This document shows, piece by piece, positions 32,815-43,180 of a stretch of DNA of 64,000 nt. The position numbers and the translations under genes are program-made. Under the pieces are notes generated by a model. That model saw only the letters and a program-made list of their open reading frames with translations, was not told the origin of the DNA and searched no databases. How positions within the stretch are numbered: the first letter of the stretch is position 1; each line of letters opens with the position of its first letter. This DNA comes from Betaproteobacteria bacterium. Lineage in GTDB: Bacteria > Pseudomonadota > Gammaproteobacteria > Burkholderiales > SG8-39. Location: contig VBCM01000097.1 of assembly GCA_005883675.1 (NCBI GenBank), positions 11,543 to 75,542 on the forward strand, given 5' to 3'.

Positions 32815-34312
32815 GCAGGATCAGTGCGGCCAGGGCGACGACGAGCAGCGCGGCGAGCAGCCGATTGCGCCGCCTCTGCTCGGCCGTGAGGCGCTCTACC
32901 GCGGAACGAAGAGCACCGAGGCGGTCTTCGGCAAGCGCCCGATGCATAAGGCGCGGCAGTTGCGGCAGCGTGCTCGCCCAGTACGGCGCCTCGCGCCGCA
33001 GCGTGCGCACGAAGCCGCGCCAGCCGACCTGCTCGCTCATCCAGCGCTCGAGGAAGGGCTTTGCCGTGGTCCACAGGTCGAGATCCGGATCGAGCTGGCG
33101 CCCGAGCCCCTCGATATTGAGCAGCGTCTTTTGCAGCATGACGAGCTGCGGCTGGATCTCGACGTTGAAACGGCGCGAAGTCTGGAAGAGCCGCAGCAGC
33201 AGCCGGCCGAAATAGATTTCCTTCAGCGGCCGCGCGAACACCGGCTCGCACACCGCGCGGATTGCCGCCTCGAACTGGTCGATACGCGTGCCGCCCGGCA
33301 CCCAGCCCGCGTCAAGGTGCGCCTGCGCCACGCGCCGGTAATCGCGGTTGAAGAAGGCGAGGAAGTTCTGCGCGAGGTAATTCTTGTCCACGTCGGTAAG
33401 CGTGCCCATGATGCCGAAGTCGAGCGCGACATAGCGGCCGCGGTGCTCGCCTTCCACGGCCACCAGGATGTTGCCGGGGTGCATATCGGCGTGGAAAAAG
33501 CCGTCGCGGAAGACCTGGGTGAAGCAGATCTCCACGCCGGCGCGGGCGAGCGCCTTGAGGTCGATGCCGCGCTCCTTCAGCACCGCGACGTGCGAGACCG
33601 GCACGCCGTGCATGCGCTCCATGGTCATGACGCGCTCGGAGCAAAGGTCCCAGTGCACTTCGGGCACGGCAAGGAGCGGCGAGAATTCGAAATTGCGCCG
33701 CAGCTGGCTCGCGTTGGCCGCCTCGCGCATCAGGTCGAGCTCCTCGTCGAGGTGATGCGCGAATTCGGCTACCACCTGGCGCGGCTTCAAGCGGCGGCCC
33801 TCCGGCGAGAGGCGCTCGACGAGCGCCGCGGCCGTCTCGAGCAGCGCGAGATCCTTTGCCACCTCGCGCTCGACGGCGGGCCGCAGGACCTTGACCGCGA
33901 CTTCGCGCCCGTCCTTCAACACGCCAAGATGCACCTGCGCGATCGAAGCGCTCGCCACGGGCGTGCGCTCGAGCGTGGCGAAAAGCTCGCCGAGCGGCCT
34001 GCCGAGGCTGCGCTGGATCTCGGCAAAGGCGAGCTCCGGATCGAATGGCGGCACGCGATCCTGGAGCTTCGCGAGCTCATCGGCGATGTCGGGCGGCAGC
34101 AGGTCGCGGCGCGTGGAGAGCACCTGGCCGAACTTGACGAAGATCGGCCCGAGGCGCTCGAACGCCTCGCGCAGCCGCTGGCCGCGTGGCTCGGGCCGGC
34201 GCCCGGCGATGAGGCGCAGCACGAAGTCGCCGGGCACGCGCGGCATGAACTCGTGCAGGCCATAGCTCACCGCGATGGCGAAGATGCGCACGAGCCGCGC
34301 GAGCCTAATCAA
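32789..34312 (-). CDS. ubiB: ubiquinone biosynthesis regulatory kinase-like protein UbiB
   Basis: TTG 34312 ([17 protein letters not shown]). [20 protein letters not shown] and HADMHPGN. Confidence 0.9.
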   Translation of the reverse strand: MIRLARLVRIFAIAVSYGLHEFMPRVPGDFVLRLIAGRRPEPRGQRLREAFERLGPIFVKFGQVLSTRRDLLPPDIADELAKLQDRVPPFDPELAFAEIQRSLGRPLGELFATLERTPVASASIAQVHLGVLKDGREVAVKVLRPAVEREVAKDLALLETAAALVERLSPEGRRLKPRQVVAEFAHHLDEELDLMREAANASQLRRNFEFSPLLAVPEVHWDLCSERVMTMERMHGVPVSHVAVLKERGIDLKALARAGVEICFTQVFRDGFFHADMHPGNILVAVEGEHRGRYVALDFGIMGTLTDVDKNYLAQNFLAFFNRDYRRVAQAHLDAGWVPGGTRIDQFEAAIRAVCEPVFARPLKEIYFGRLLLRLFQTSRRFNVEIQPQLVMLQKTLLNIEGLGRQLDPDLDLWTTAKPFLERWMSEQVGWRGFVRTLRREAPYWASTLPQLPRLMHRALAEDRLGALRSAVERLTAEQRRRNRLLAALLVVALAALILLGIGLLQA

Positions 34313-34844
34313 GGCGCGCGATCCGCTGTTCGAGAGCCGCGAGCGCGCTGCCCAGCCGCCCGATGTCCGTCGCAAGCTGCGCTAGCTCGGCACGGCGCAC
34401 GAGCATGCGGCGCTCGTCGACGACGTAGTCGGCGAGCGCCTCGCCGGCGCGCACGGCGGCATCGCGCGGCCAGCGCGCGATGGCGCGCATGCCGTCGCCG
34501 ATGCGCTGCGCGGCCACATCGCCGAGGAAGCGCGAGAGTTCTTCTTCCACATCCGGGCGCAGGTGGCGCGCGAGATAACGCAGTTCGTCGGCGAACGGTC
34601 CCGAGCCGATGATGCCCGAGAGCGTGATCAGCGCGCCCGGCTGCGGCCCGCCGGGCTCGATGCGACCCTCGGCGCCGACCTGAACGCGCAGCGGCGGCAG
34701 AAACGCAAGGCGCAGCTCCAGCGCTTCTCCGGCGAAGGACGCAAGCCGCGCGCGCGCCCAGCGCTCGCGATCGAGAAGCTGGTTGAGCAGAAAGCAAAAG
34801 GCCACCGCGGGGGTGGCCTTTGCCGGGGAAGTGGCGTCGCTCAA
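34305..34844 (-). CDS. ubiJ: SCP2-domain ubiquinone biosynthesis accessory factor UbiJ
   Basis: TTG 34844 overlaps the upstream stop (TTGA). LNQLL..E.WA, and [14 protein letters not shown] resembles the UbiJ RWD.EE.LSR..GD block. Position ubiE-Tim44-ubiJ-ubiB. Confidence 0.7.
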   Translation of the reverse strand: MSDATSPAKATPAVAFCFLLNQLLDRERWARARLASFAGEALELRLAFLPPLRVQVGAEGRIEPGGPQPGALITLSGIIGSGPFADELRYLARHLRPDVEEELSRFLGDVAAQRIGDGMRAIARWPRDAAVRAGEALADYVVDERRMLVRRAELAQLATDIGRLGSALAALEQRIARLD

Positions 34845-35653
34845 TGCATCTGCTGGATGCCGGCGAGGAGCCAGCCGCTCGAGCCGTCGGCGGGCTTCAC
34901 GAGGTTCCATACTTCTTCGAAGCCCACCGCCTCCGTATCCGGCGTCTCGCGCACCATGCCGGAAAAGCGCACGCTCGCCCAATGCTCGCCCTTCTCGCTC
35001 GCGACCTCGAGGAGATCGGCATTCAGCGCAAGGACGTCGGTCTGCTGCGCGCCGCCTGGAAGGTCGCGGCGCAGCTCCTCGAACATCTCGCGGGTGGTGA
35101 ATTCGCGGATTTCGTCGAGGCGGGCGGCGTCATTGGCCAACTGCAGCTTGATGAAGTTCATCTTCGCCGTGCGCAGGAAACCGGCGGTATCGAAGCCCGC
35201 GGGCGCGCGCGACGCGGAAGTCGCAGCAACGCTTGCCGGCTGCGGGGGCGGCGGCGCCGCCATCGTCTCGTTGCCGGTATCGGCGAACTGCACCGGACGC
35301 GGCCGTTCCGCGCGCCGCGCGGCAAGAGCGCGAACGCCGAGCACGATCGCCACGGCGAGCGCCGCGAGCAGCAGGAAACCAAGCAGGCCGCTGCCGCCGA
35401 AGAGATAGCCGAGCAGGCCGCCCAAGGCGAGGCCGCCGAGGATGCCGCCAAGGGCGCCCCAGCGGCTCGGCTGCTGTTGCGGCGCCGCCTGCTGTTGCTG
35501 CGCCGGCTTTGCCGGCGTCGAAGCGGGTGGTGCCGTCACGCTGCGCTGCGCGCCCATCGAGCGACCGCCACCGAGGCGCCGCGCATCAGCATCGGTCGCA
35601 ACGAGCACTGCGCCGAAAGATATGAGGCAAAGGCCAAGTAACCACTTACGCAT
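34841..35653 (-). CDS. Tim44-like domain-containing protein
   Basis: ATG 35653 with GGAGG 7 nt upstream. Signal/TM segment, Gly-rich TM, and a C-terminal Tim44-like domain. Confidence 0.8.
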   Translation of the reverse strand: MRKWLLGLCLISFGAVLVATDADARRLGGGRSMGAQRSVTAPPASTPAKPAQQQQAAPQQQPSRWGALGGILGGLALGGLLGYLFGGSGLLGFLLLAALAVAIVLGVRALAARRAERPRPVQFADTGNETMAAPPPPQPASVAATSASRAPAGFDTAGFLRTAKMNFIKLQLANDAARLDEIREFTTREMFEELRRDLPGGAQQTDVLALNADLLEVASEKGEHWASVRFSGMVRETPDTEAVGFEEVWNLVKPADGSSGWLLAGIQQMH

Positions 35654-35679
35654 AATCGGTCCTCCGATCATCCATGCTA

Positions 35680-36414
35680 TCAAAATCGCACGGCACGATG
35701 CACGGCCACGACACCGGCCGCCAAGTTGTAGACCTCCACCGCGCCGAAGCCGCTCGCCTCGAGCATGCTCTTCAGGGCGTCCTGGTCCGGGTGCATGCGG
35801 ATCGATTCGGCGAGATAGCGATAAGGCTCGCCCGTGCCGACCACACGCTCGCCGAGCCACGGCAGCACTCTGAAGGAGTACAGATCGTAGAGCGGTTTGA
35901 GCGGCGCCCAGACGTGCGAGAACTCGAGCACGACAAGGCGCCCGCCGGGCTTGAGCACGCGCGCCATCTCGGCCAGCGCCTGCTCTTTGTGAGTCATGTT
36001 GCGCAGGCCGAAGCCCACCGTCACGCAGTCGAAGTAGCCGGCCGGGAACGGCAAGTGCTCGGCATCGCATTGCACCGCCGGCGTGAGGGTCCCGCTGTTT
36101 AGCAGGCGGTCGCGACCGCGCTCGAGCATCTTGCGGTTGACATCGGTCGCCCACACCTCGCCCTCCGGCGCGACGCGAGCGGCGAGCGCCGCGGCGAGAT
36201 CACCGCTGCCGGCCGCGACATCGAGCAGCCGCTCGCCGCGGCGCGGCCGCGCGCAGGCGATGGCGAACGCTTTCCAGTAGCGGTGCAGGCCGAGCGACAT
36301 GAGGTCGTTCATCAGGTCGTAGCGCTCAGCCACGCGATCGAACACCTCGGCGACGCGGCCTGCCTTCTCCGCCTCACCTACCTTGCGAAAGCCGAAATCG
36401 ACGTCCTTTGCCAT
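35680..36414 (-). CDS. ubiE: demethylmenaquinone/ubiquinone C-methyltransferase UbiE
   Basis: 244 aa. [24 protein letters not shown], and FGLRNMT. Confidence 0.95.
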   Translation of the reverse strand: MAKDVDFGFRKVGEAEKAGRVAEVFDRVAERYDLMNDLMSLGLHRYWKAFAIACARPRRGERLLDVAAGSGDLAAALAARVAPEGEVWATDVNRKMLERGRDRLLNSGTLTPAVQCDAEHLPFPAGYFDCVTVGFGLRNMTHKEQALAEMARVLKPGGRLVVLEFSHVWAPLKPLYDLYSFRVLPWLGERVVGTGEPYRYLAESIRMHPDQDALKSMLEASGFGAVEVYNLAAGVVAVHRAVRF

Positions 36415-36418
36415 GGCC

Positions 36419-36775
36419 CTAGTCGCGCGAGGCGCCCGCCTCAGCCAGTTTGGCGAGATATTGCGCCCAGAGTTTCTCCTGGTTCTCGCCGAGCTCGTAG
36501 AGATAGTCCCAGGAATAGATCCCCGTGCTGTGGCCGTCGGAGAAGACCGGCTGCACGGCGTACGAACCGACGGGCTCGAGCGAGCGGATCTCCACGTTGC
36601 GCTTGCCAGTTTGCAGTACTTCCTGCCCGGGGCCGTGGCCCTTCACCTCCGCCGAGGGCGAGTACACGCGCAAATACTCATAGGGCAGCCGGAAGCTCCT
36701 GCCCTCGGCAAAGGCGATTTCCAGCACGCGTGACTTCTGGTGCAGCGTGATCAAGGTCGGGAGGCGCTCGCTCAC
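36419..36775 (-). CDS. DUF971 family protein
   Basis: 118 aa. [10 protein letters not shown] and [12 protein letters not shown]. Confidence 0.8.
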   Translation of the reverse strand: MSERLPTLITLHQKSRVLEIAFAEGRSFRLPYEYLRVYSPSAEVKGHGPGQEVLQTGKRNVEIRSLEPVGSYAVQPVFSDGHSTGIYSWDYLYELGENQEKLWAQYLAKLAEAGASRD

Positions 36776-38376
36776 GGCACCGGCTCATATGCCACGCGCT
36801 CGAAGTCGGCGCCGCGCTCAAGCACCTCGGTGAGCCGCACCCGTGACGCTTTTTCGGCGTGGAGCTCGATCACCCGCTTCGGCTTGTACAAGCCGGACGC
36901 CAGCACCAGCGAAGCGGGCGAGTTCAGCGCCGGCACAGCGCCCAGTGCGAGCGCCGGGGCCCAGCTTTCCTGCTGCACGTTGAGCCCCGTTGGACGCACG
37001 GCGAGCGCGCTCGGCAGCCCGGGGATCAGCTTCACGCCCGCATGCAGATCGCCGTTGTCCGCCGCCATCAGCCAGCGCACCTGCGCGAGCATAAACTGCG
37101 TGCCGTCGGCAGGACGCATGCCAACGAGCTGCCCGTGCGCGAGGCGCTTGCCGCCCTGCACTGCGGGCCGCACCAGGCGCAGCCCCTGCGCGCTCTGGTC
37201 TTCGATCTGCCACTGCTCGATGACGAAGCCGTGCTGGCCGCTGTAGTCATCCTGCGCGCGCGTGCTGACGCGACCGAAGGTGGCGATCTCCTCGCGCTGC
37301 TTCTGGGTGAGCTCGCCCTCGCCCGGCGTCTCGAACGCGCCGCCCGAGATGTAGTGATGGATCGCGGGCAGCTCGCTACACAGTTGGGCGGCCGCGCTGC
37401 CCGCGTGCCGCTCCGGCGCGCGCGGCGGCTTCGCCGCGCACCAGTGGCGGTAAAGATGCACCAGCAGCTGCTCGCATGACGGCTGCACGCAGTCCTCGCC
37501 AAGCGCGAGCTTGGCCGGGGACTCGCCCTTGCGCAGCAGCGCCACGCGATTGCGCAAGCTCTTGGCGAGCTTGCGCGCGTCGAGGTACCGGGGCTCGCGC
37601 GCACCCTCGGGCGCCCCGCGCTCGGGGCAGGCGTCACTTTCGAGGTCGGCGACGAGCGCTGGCACGCCCTCGCCCTCGTCGACCGGCTTCGCCAGCACCT
37701 CGAGCTTCGATGCCCAGCGCTCGAGTAGATAGGCGACGAAAGTGAGCTGGCGCTGGGCGAGCTCGTTCGGCGAGCACATGCCGGTCAGCACGGCGCGTAC
37801 ATACGCTACGCGGGGCGAGGTGTCCTGGATGTCGCGATTCAGGAAATCCTTGATCGTGTCCTCGGCGACATCGAGCTTCTCGGCGGCGGCATAGGCGGCG
37901 TGCAGCGCATGCCAGTCGCCCGGCGAAACCTGCCGGTACGCGCGGTAGTGATGGAACATGCGCATGCCGATGTAGGAGAGCAGGCGCTGGCAGATCAGCG
38001 CCGACTGCGCTCGCATGCCGGCATCGCGATTGAGCGCGGCGTCCAGGCAGCGCTCGTAGCCCGCGCGCATCTCGTCCCACAGCCCGATCGTCGCAGTGAA
38101 CGCCCCGCTCTCGGCCTCGCTCATCGGCAGCGCGCGGTTCGAGAAGCGCCGTGCCTGCTCGATCTGCACGAAGCTCACCGCCTCGCGCAAGGCTTCCATC
38201 ACGGCGAGGCGCTGCGCCGCGGCGGCGGGAAAGCGGTTGAATTCCGCGAGCTGCGTCGCGAGCTCGCGCTGCGCGGCGCCGACGTTGGCGAGCGGCACGT
38301 GCTCGAGCCAGCGCTTGCAGCTTTCGGCGTCGGTGAATTCCGGCGAGGCGCTTTCCGAGAGCTCGGCAAGCTTCAT
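36772..38376 (-). CDS. conserved hypothetical protein with a C-terminal PilZ-like motif pair
   Basis: 534 aa. RVSTR (aa 369-373) then DQSAQG (aa 393-398), matching RxxxR...D/NxSxxG. ATGA overlaps at both ends. Confidence 0.7.
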   Translation of the reverse strand: MKLAELSESASPEFTDAESCKRWLEHVPLANVGAAQRELATQLAEFNRFPAAAAQRLAVMEALREAVSFVQIEQARRFSNRALPMSEAESGAFTATIGLWDEMRAGYERCLDAALNRDAGMRAQSALICQRLLSYIGMRMFHHYRAYRQVSPGDWHALHAAYAAAEKLDVAEDTIKDFLNRDIQDTSPRVAYVRAVLTGMCSPNELAQRQLTFVAYLLERWASKLEVLAKPVDEGEGVPALVADLESDACPERGAPEGAREPRYLDARKLAKSLRNRVALLRKGESPAKLALGEDCVQPSCEQLLVHLYRHWCAAKPPRAPERHAGSAAAQLCSELPAIHHYISGGAFETPGEGELTQKQREEIATFGRVSTRAQDDYSGQHGFVIEQWQIEDQSAQGLRLVRPAVQGGKRLAHGQLVGMRPADGTQFMLAQVRWLMAADNGDLHAGVKLIPGLPSALAVRPTGLNVQQESWAPALALGAVPALNSPASLVLASGLYKPKRVIELHAEKASRVRLTEVLERGADFERVAYEPVP

Positions 38377-39140
38377 GGCGCGGCATCATACCCAAACACG
38401 TCGCGATAGCTCGCGTAGAAGCTCGCGAAAAGCGTGGGCAGCATGACGATGGCGAGCGGGAAGATGAGCGCGGCGGCGGGCGGCGCAGCCGCGCCGGCGA
38501 GCGCGAACGCCGAGACGATGAGGAAAGGCACGAGCACTGTCACCACCGCCATCACCGCGCCATAGGCGAGGAACGCGCGCCAGTTCATCATCGAAGCGGC
38601 AAAGCTGAAGAACAGCGCCTTCGTCGCCCCGGTCGCGTGCCAGGAGGCGAGCGGCGGCGCGAACCAGAACCCGAGCATCACCGGCAGGTAGAGCGCGCCG
38701 GCCGCGGCGAGCGCGGTCATGAACTCCTCGGACTCCAGCACCTCGTCGGCGGGGCGCTGCCCGGACAGCATCCAGCGCGCGAGCGCGCCATTGTCGGCGA
38801 GCGTGCTCGCGGCGAGCAGCAAGCCGAGGCACGCGAGGTAAATCGCGCCGAGCGCGAATTGCGCGCGCGGCTCGTGCCGGAAGCCGTCGAAGAGCAGCGC
38901 CATGTCGAGCGGCGCCCTGTGTCCCGCGGCGCGCGCGAGCGCCATGAAGCCGACGGAGAACGCCGGCACCAGCAGCGCCGCGGCGGCCACCCCGACGAAC
39001 GGCACGAGCGAGACGAGCGTCATCAGCAGCCAGTAGCCGAACACCGCCGCGAGCCAGCCGAGCGGCGCGGCGCGAAACAGGCGCCAGCCCTCGGCGAGCC
39101 AGCGCGCGCCGCGCGCCGTCTCTACGATGCGCGCCTGCAT
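38373..39140 (-). CDS. polytopic inner-membrane protein (BPSS1780/DUF2189-like, from memory)
   Basis: ATG 39140 inside ORF 38373..39266. Several hydrophobic helices. Confidence 0.6.
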   Translation of the reverse strand: MQARIVETARGARWLAEGWRLFRAAPLGWLAAVFGYWLLMTLVSLVPFVGVAAAALLVPAFSVGFMALARAAGHRAPLDMALLFDGFRHEPRAQFALGAIYLACLGLLLAASTLADNGALARWMLSGQRPADEVLESEEFMTALAAAGALYLPVMLGFWFAPPLASWHATGATKALFFSFAASMMNWRAFLAYGAVMAVVTVLVPFLIVSAFALAGAAAPPAAALIFPLAIVMLPTLFASFYASYRDVFGYDAAP

Positions 39141-40057
39141 TCGAGGATGCGACGAAAGTGCTTCGGATCGTGCGCGTGCACCAGCATGCCGGGGCGTGGC
39201 AGATGAAAATCGTGCAATCGCGAGAGCCAGAAGCGCAGCGCGGCCGCGCGCAGCATCACCGGCCACGCCGCGCGCTCAAGCGGCGTCCAGGGCCGCGCCG
39301 CCTGGTACGCGCCAAGCAACGCCGCCATGCGCTCGGGCTCGAGCGACGGGTCGTCAGCGACATCGGCGAGGCACCAATCGTTCGCGCAGACGGCGACGTC
39401 GTAGAGCAGGCAATCGACGCCGGCGAAGTAGAAATCGATCACGCCGGAGATGCGGCCCGCCTCGTCGAAGAGCGCGTTGTCGCGAAAGAGGTCGCCATGC
39501 ACCGGTCCGCGCGGCAGGTCGGGAAAGCGCTGCGTCGCGTGGAATGCCAGTTCCGCGTCGAGGAGCGCGCGCTGCTCGGCATCGAGGAACTCACGCACCT
39601 CGCTCGCGGCGAGGCGCCACCATTTCGGCCCACGCGGATTTTCGAGATACGCGGAATAAGAGCGCCCGGCGAGATGCATGCGCGCGAGCAGCGCGCCGAG
39701 CTCGGCGCATTCCGCCGCGCCGGGACGCTCGTGCGAGCGGCCGGGGAGCCGCGTAACGAGCGCCGCCGGCTTGCCGTTCAGCCGCCCGAGGTATTGGTCG
39801 GCGAGGTCGGCGATCGGCGCCGGCGCCGGGATGCCATGGCGCGCGAGGTGCGCCATCAGCCCGAGATAGAAGGGCAGCTCCTGCGCGGGCAGGCGCTCGA
39901 ACAGCGTGAGCACATAGCGGCCCTGCGCCGTGGTGACGAAGTAGTTGGTGTTCTCGATGCCCGCCTCGATCGGCTCGCAGTCTTCCAGCCGGCCCACCGA
40001 GTAGTTGGCGAGCCACGCCGCGAGCTCGGCTTGCGAAACGGGCGTGTAGACCGACAA
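39122..40057 (-). CDS. thrB: homoserine kinase (Pseudomonas/ThrB type II)
   Basis: TTG 40057 (MSVYTPVSQAEL). GIENTNYFV and HGDLFRDN. Confidence 0.85.
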   Translation of the reverse strand: MSVYTPVSQAELAAWLANYSVGRLEDCEPIEAGIENTNYFVTTAQGRYVLTLFERLPAQELPFYLGLMAHLARHGIPAPAPIADLADQYLGRLNGKPAALVTRLPGRSHERPGAAECAELGALLARMHLAGRSYSAYLENPRGPKWWRLAASEVREFLDAEQRALLDAELAFHATQRFPDLPRGPVHGDLFRDNALFDEAGRISGVIDFYFAGVDCLLYDVAVCANDWCLADVADDPSLEPERMAALLGAYQAARPWTPLERAAWPVMLRAAALRFWLSRLHDFHLPRPGMLVHAHDPKHFRRILECRRAS

Positions 40058-40058
40058 A

Positions 40059-40379
40059 CTATTCGAAGGTGTAGATCGGCCACATCGGCACGCGCACGCC
40101 GTCGTCGAGTGCATCGCGGCGCATCCAGTTGCCGTTGCCGGTAGTGTCGATGAGGTAGTACGGCTGCCCGCCCGGCGGCGTCACCTTGAGCATCACCACG
40201 CGCCCGCCATCGCGGACTTCCTCCACCTTGGCCTGCTCGGGCACCGGGATGCGCACGGCCGGCTCATCCGCCTCGGGCATCGGCGGCGGCGGTGGGGGCT
40301 CGGGAAAATCCTGGAGCTTGTCCTGCGCAAGCGCCGCGCCGGCGGCGCACATGAAGATGAACACCGCCATTCGGCGCAT
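40059..40379 (-). CDS. DUF2782 domain-containing secreted protein
   Basis: Signal peptide MRRMAVFIFMCAAGAALA, a Pro-rich segment, and YYLIDT. Conserved position between polA and thrB. Confidence 0.75.
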   Translation of the reverse strand: MRRMAVFIFMCAAGAALAQDKLQDFPEPPPPPPMPEADEPAVRIPVPEQAKVEEVRDGGRVVMLKVTPPGGQPYYLIDTTGNGNWMRRDALDDGVRVPMWPIYTFE

Positions 40380-40471
40380 CGGCGCATTTTATAATGCCGA
40401 ACGGCTTCCACGCTTGCGCGCGGCAATCTCGCCTCGTGCGCCGCGCCTTCAGCAGTCTCGCCCTCGTCATC

Positions 40472-43180
40472 GTGCCAGAAGAGAGTCCGCAAAATACGCT
40501 GTTGCTGGTCGACGGCTCGTCGTACCTGTATCGCGCCTATCACGCGCTGCCCGAGCTGCGCAGCCCGAAAACCGGCGAGCCCACCGGCGCGATCTACGGC
40601 GTGCTCAACATGCTGCGCAAGCTCGCCGCCGACTACAAGGCGCAGGCGCGCGCCTGCGTCTTCGATGCGAAGGGCAGGACCTTCCGCGACGATCTCTATG
40701 CCGAGTACAAGGCGACACGCACGGCGATGCCGGACGATCTCTCGCGCCAGGTCGAGCCGCTGCATGACGCGATCAAGGCGCTCGGCTGGCCGCTGCTTTC
40801 GATCGACGGCGTCGAAGCCGACGACGTCATCGCCACGCTGGTCGAGCAGGCGAGAGCACGCGGCTGGCGCACCGTCATCTCCACCGGCGACAAGGATCTT
40901 ACGCAGCTCGTCGACGAGCGCACGCTCTGGATCAACACGATGTCCAACGAGAAGCTCGACGTCGCCGGCGTGCAGGCCAAGTTCGGCGTGCCGCCGGAGA
41001 GAATCGTCGATTACCTCGCGCTGATCGGCGATCAGATCGATAACATCCCCGGCGTCGACAAGGTCGGGCCGAAGACCGCCTGCAAATGGATCGTGCAGTA
41101 CGGCTCGCTCGAGGGGGTCATCGCGCACGCCGACGAGATCAGCGGGCTCGCCGGCGAGAACCTGCGCAAGGTGAAGGACTGGCTGCCGAAGGCGCGCGAG
41201 CTCCTCACGGTGAAGCGCGATGTGCCGTTGCCTATAAGCCTGGAGCAGCTCACCGACGGCAAGCGCGACCCCGCGCGCCAGCGCGCGCAGTACGAGCGCT
41301 TCGGCTTCAAGACGTGGCTGAAAGAAGTCGAGGACGCCCCGCTCGCTCCGGCGTCGGCGCCCGCGGAGGCGGTAAAGAAACGCCGCTATCGCACAATTCT
41401 TACCGAGGATGAGCTGCGCGAGGTCGTGCTCAAGATCGAAGCGGTGCCGCTCGTCGGTCTCGCCTGCCTCGGCTCGGCGGAGGATCCGCTGCGCGCACGG
41501 CTCGTCGGCATGGCGCTCGCGTTCGGCGACGAAGCGGTGTACTTGCCGCTCGCGCACCAATATGCCGCGGCGCCAGCGCAGGTGCCGATGGACACAGCGC
41601 TCGCGCTGCTGAAGCCCTGGCTCGAGCGCGCAGACTGCCGCAAGGTCGCCGAGGACGCGAAGCTCGACTCGCACCTGCTCGCCAACCACGGCGTCCAGCT
41701 CGCCGGTTGCGTGCACGACACCATCATCGAGTCCTACGTGCTAGAAGTGCACGAGCGCCATGAACTCGCTGCGCTCGCGCAGCGCCATTGCGGCTGGACG
41801 ACGCTAACGTGGGACGAGGTGACGGGCAAGGGCGTCTCGCGTATCGCCTTTTCGGCCGTCGACGTCTCGAGGGCTACCGACTACGCCGGGCAGCAGGCCG
41901 ACTGCATCCTGGCGCTGCACGACATCCTGCAACCGCGCATTGCGGCGGACGAGAAGCTTGCGTTCGTCTACGAGCGCATCGAGCTGCCGCTCGTGCCGGT
42001 CCTGCTGGCGATGGAGCGCCACGGCGTGCTGATCGACCGGCAAAAGCTCGAGGCGCAGAGCCAGGAGCTCGGCAAGGAAATCCTGGCGTTCGAGCAGAAA
42101 GCCTACGATGCCGCCGGGCAGCCGTTCAATCTCGGGTCGCCGAAGCAGATTCAGGAGATTCTGTTCGAGCGCCAGAAACTCCCGGTGAAGAAGAAGACGC
42201 CCTCGGGACAGCCCTCGACCGATGAGGATTCACTGGCGGAGCTCGCGCTCGACCATCCGCTGCCGCGGCTCATCCTCGAGCATCGCGCGCTCTCCAAGCT
42301 GAAATCCACGTATACCGACAAGCTGCCGAAGAGCATCAACCCGGCCACCGGGCGCGTGCACACCACCTATTCGCAGACCACCGCCGTGACCGGGCGCCTC
42401 GCGTCCAACGAGCCCAACCTGCAGAACATCCCGATCCGCACGCCGGCCGGGAGGCGCATCCGCGCCTGCTTCATCGCGCCGCCCGGTGCAAAGCTCATGT
42501 CGGCGGATTACTCGCAGATCGAGCTGCGCATCATGGCGCACCTCTCCGGCGACGAGAACCTGCGCCGCGCCTTCCGCGACGGCGAGGACGTGCATCGCGC
42601 GACCGCCGGCGAGGTATTCGGCGTGCCGCTTACCGACGTCGATTCCGATCAGCGCCGCATCGCCAAGGTGATCAACTTCGGGCTGATCTACGGCATGTCG
42701 TCGTTCGGCGTGGCGCAGAATCTCGGCATCGACCGCGGCACCGCCCAGACCTATATCGAGCGCTACTTCGCGCGCTATCCGGGCGCCAAGCGCTACATGG
42801 ACGAGACGCGGCGCCGCGCGCGAGAACTGGGCTACGTGGAGACGGTGTTCGGACGGCGCCTGTGGCTGCCGGAGCTACGGAGCGGTGCGCCGGTGCGACG
42901 CCAGGCGGCGGAGCGCGCGGCCATCAATGCGCCGATGCAGGGCACGGCGGCCGATCTCATCAAGCTGGCGATGATCGCCGTGCACGGCTGGCTGGAGGAA
43001 TCCGGCTCGCGCGCGAAGCTCATCATGCAGGTACACGACGAGCTGGTGCTCGAGGTCCCGGACGCCGAAGTGGACACAGTCAGGGAGCGCGTGCGCGAGC
43101 TCATGCAGGCCGTGCACGAGTTGGATGTACCGCTCGTCGTCGATGTCGGCGTCGCCGACAATTGGGACCAGGCGCACTAG
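40472..43180 (+). CDS. polA: DNA polymerase I (3'-5' exonuclease motifs degenerate)
   Basis: GTG 40472 in ORF 40394..43180 (VPEESPQNTLLLVDGSSYLYRAYHA). Polymerase motifs DYSQIELR, RRIAKVINFGLIYG and QVHDELV. Confidence 0.95.
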   Translation: MPEESPQNTLLLVDGSSYLYRAYHALPELRSPKTGEPTGAIYGVLNMLRKLAADYKAQARACVFDAKGRTFRDDLYAEYKATRTAMPDDLSRQVEPLHDAIKALGWPLLSIDGVEADDVIATLVEQARARGWRTVISTGDKDLTQLVDERTLWINTMSNEKLDVAGVQAKFGVPPERIVDYLALIGDQIDNIPGVDKVGPKTACKWIVQYGSLEGVIAHADEISGLAGENLRKVKDWLPKARELLTVKRDVPLPISLEQLTDGKRDPARQRAQYERFGFKTWLKEVEDAPLAPASAPAEAVKKRRYRTILTEDELREVVLKIEAVPLVGLACLGSAEDPLRARLVGMALAFGDEAVYLPLAHQYAAAPAQVPMDTALALLKPWLERADCRKVAEDAKLDSHLLANHGVQLAGCVHDTIIESYVLEVHERHELAALAQRHCGWTTLTWDEVTGKGVSRIAFSAVDVSRATDYAGQQADCILALHDILQPRIAADEKLAFVYERIELPLVPVLLAMERHGVLIDRQKLEAQSQELGKEILAFEQKAYDAAGQPFNLGSPKQIQEILFERQKLPVKKKTPSGQPSTDEDSLAELALDHPLPRLILEHRALSKLKSTYTDKLPKSINPATGRVHTTYSQTTAVTGRLASNEPNLQNIPIRTPAGRRIRACFIAPPGAKLMSADYSQIELRIMAHLSGDENLRRAFRDGEDVHRATAGEVFGVPLTDVDSDQRRIAKVINFGLIYGMSSFGVAQNLGIDRGTAQTYIERYFARYPGAKRYMDETRRRARELGYVETVFGRRLWLPELRSGAPVRRQAAERAAINAPMQGTAADLIKLAMIAVHGWLEESGSRAKLIMQVHDELVLEVPDAEVDTVRERVRELMQAVHELDVPLVVDVGVADNWDQAH

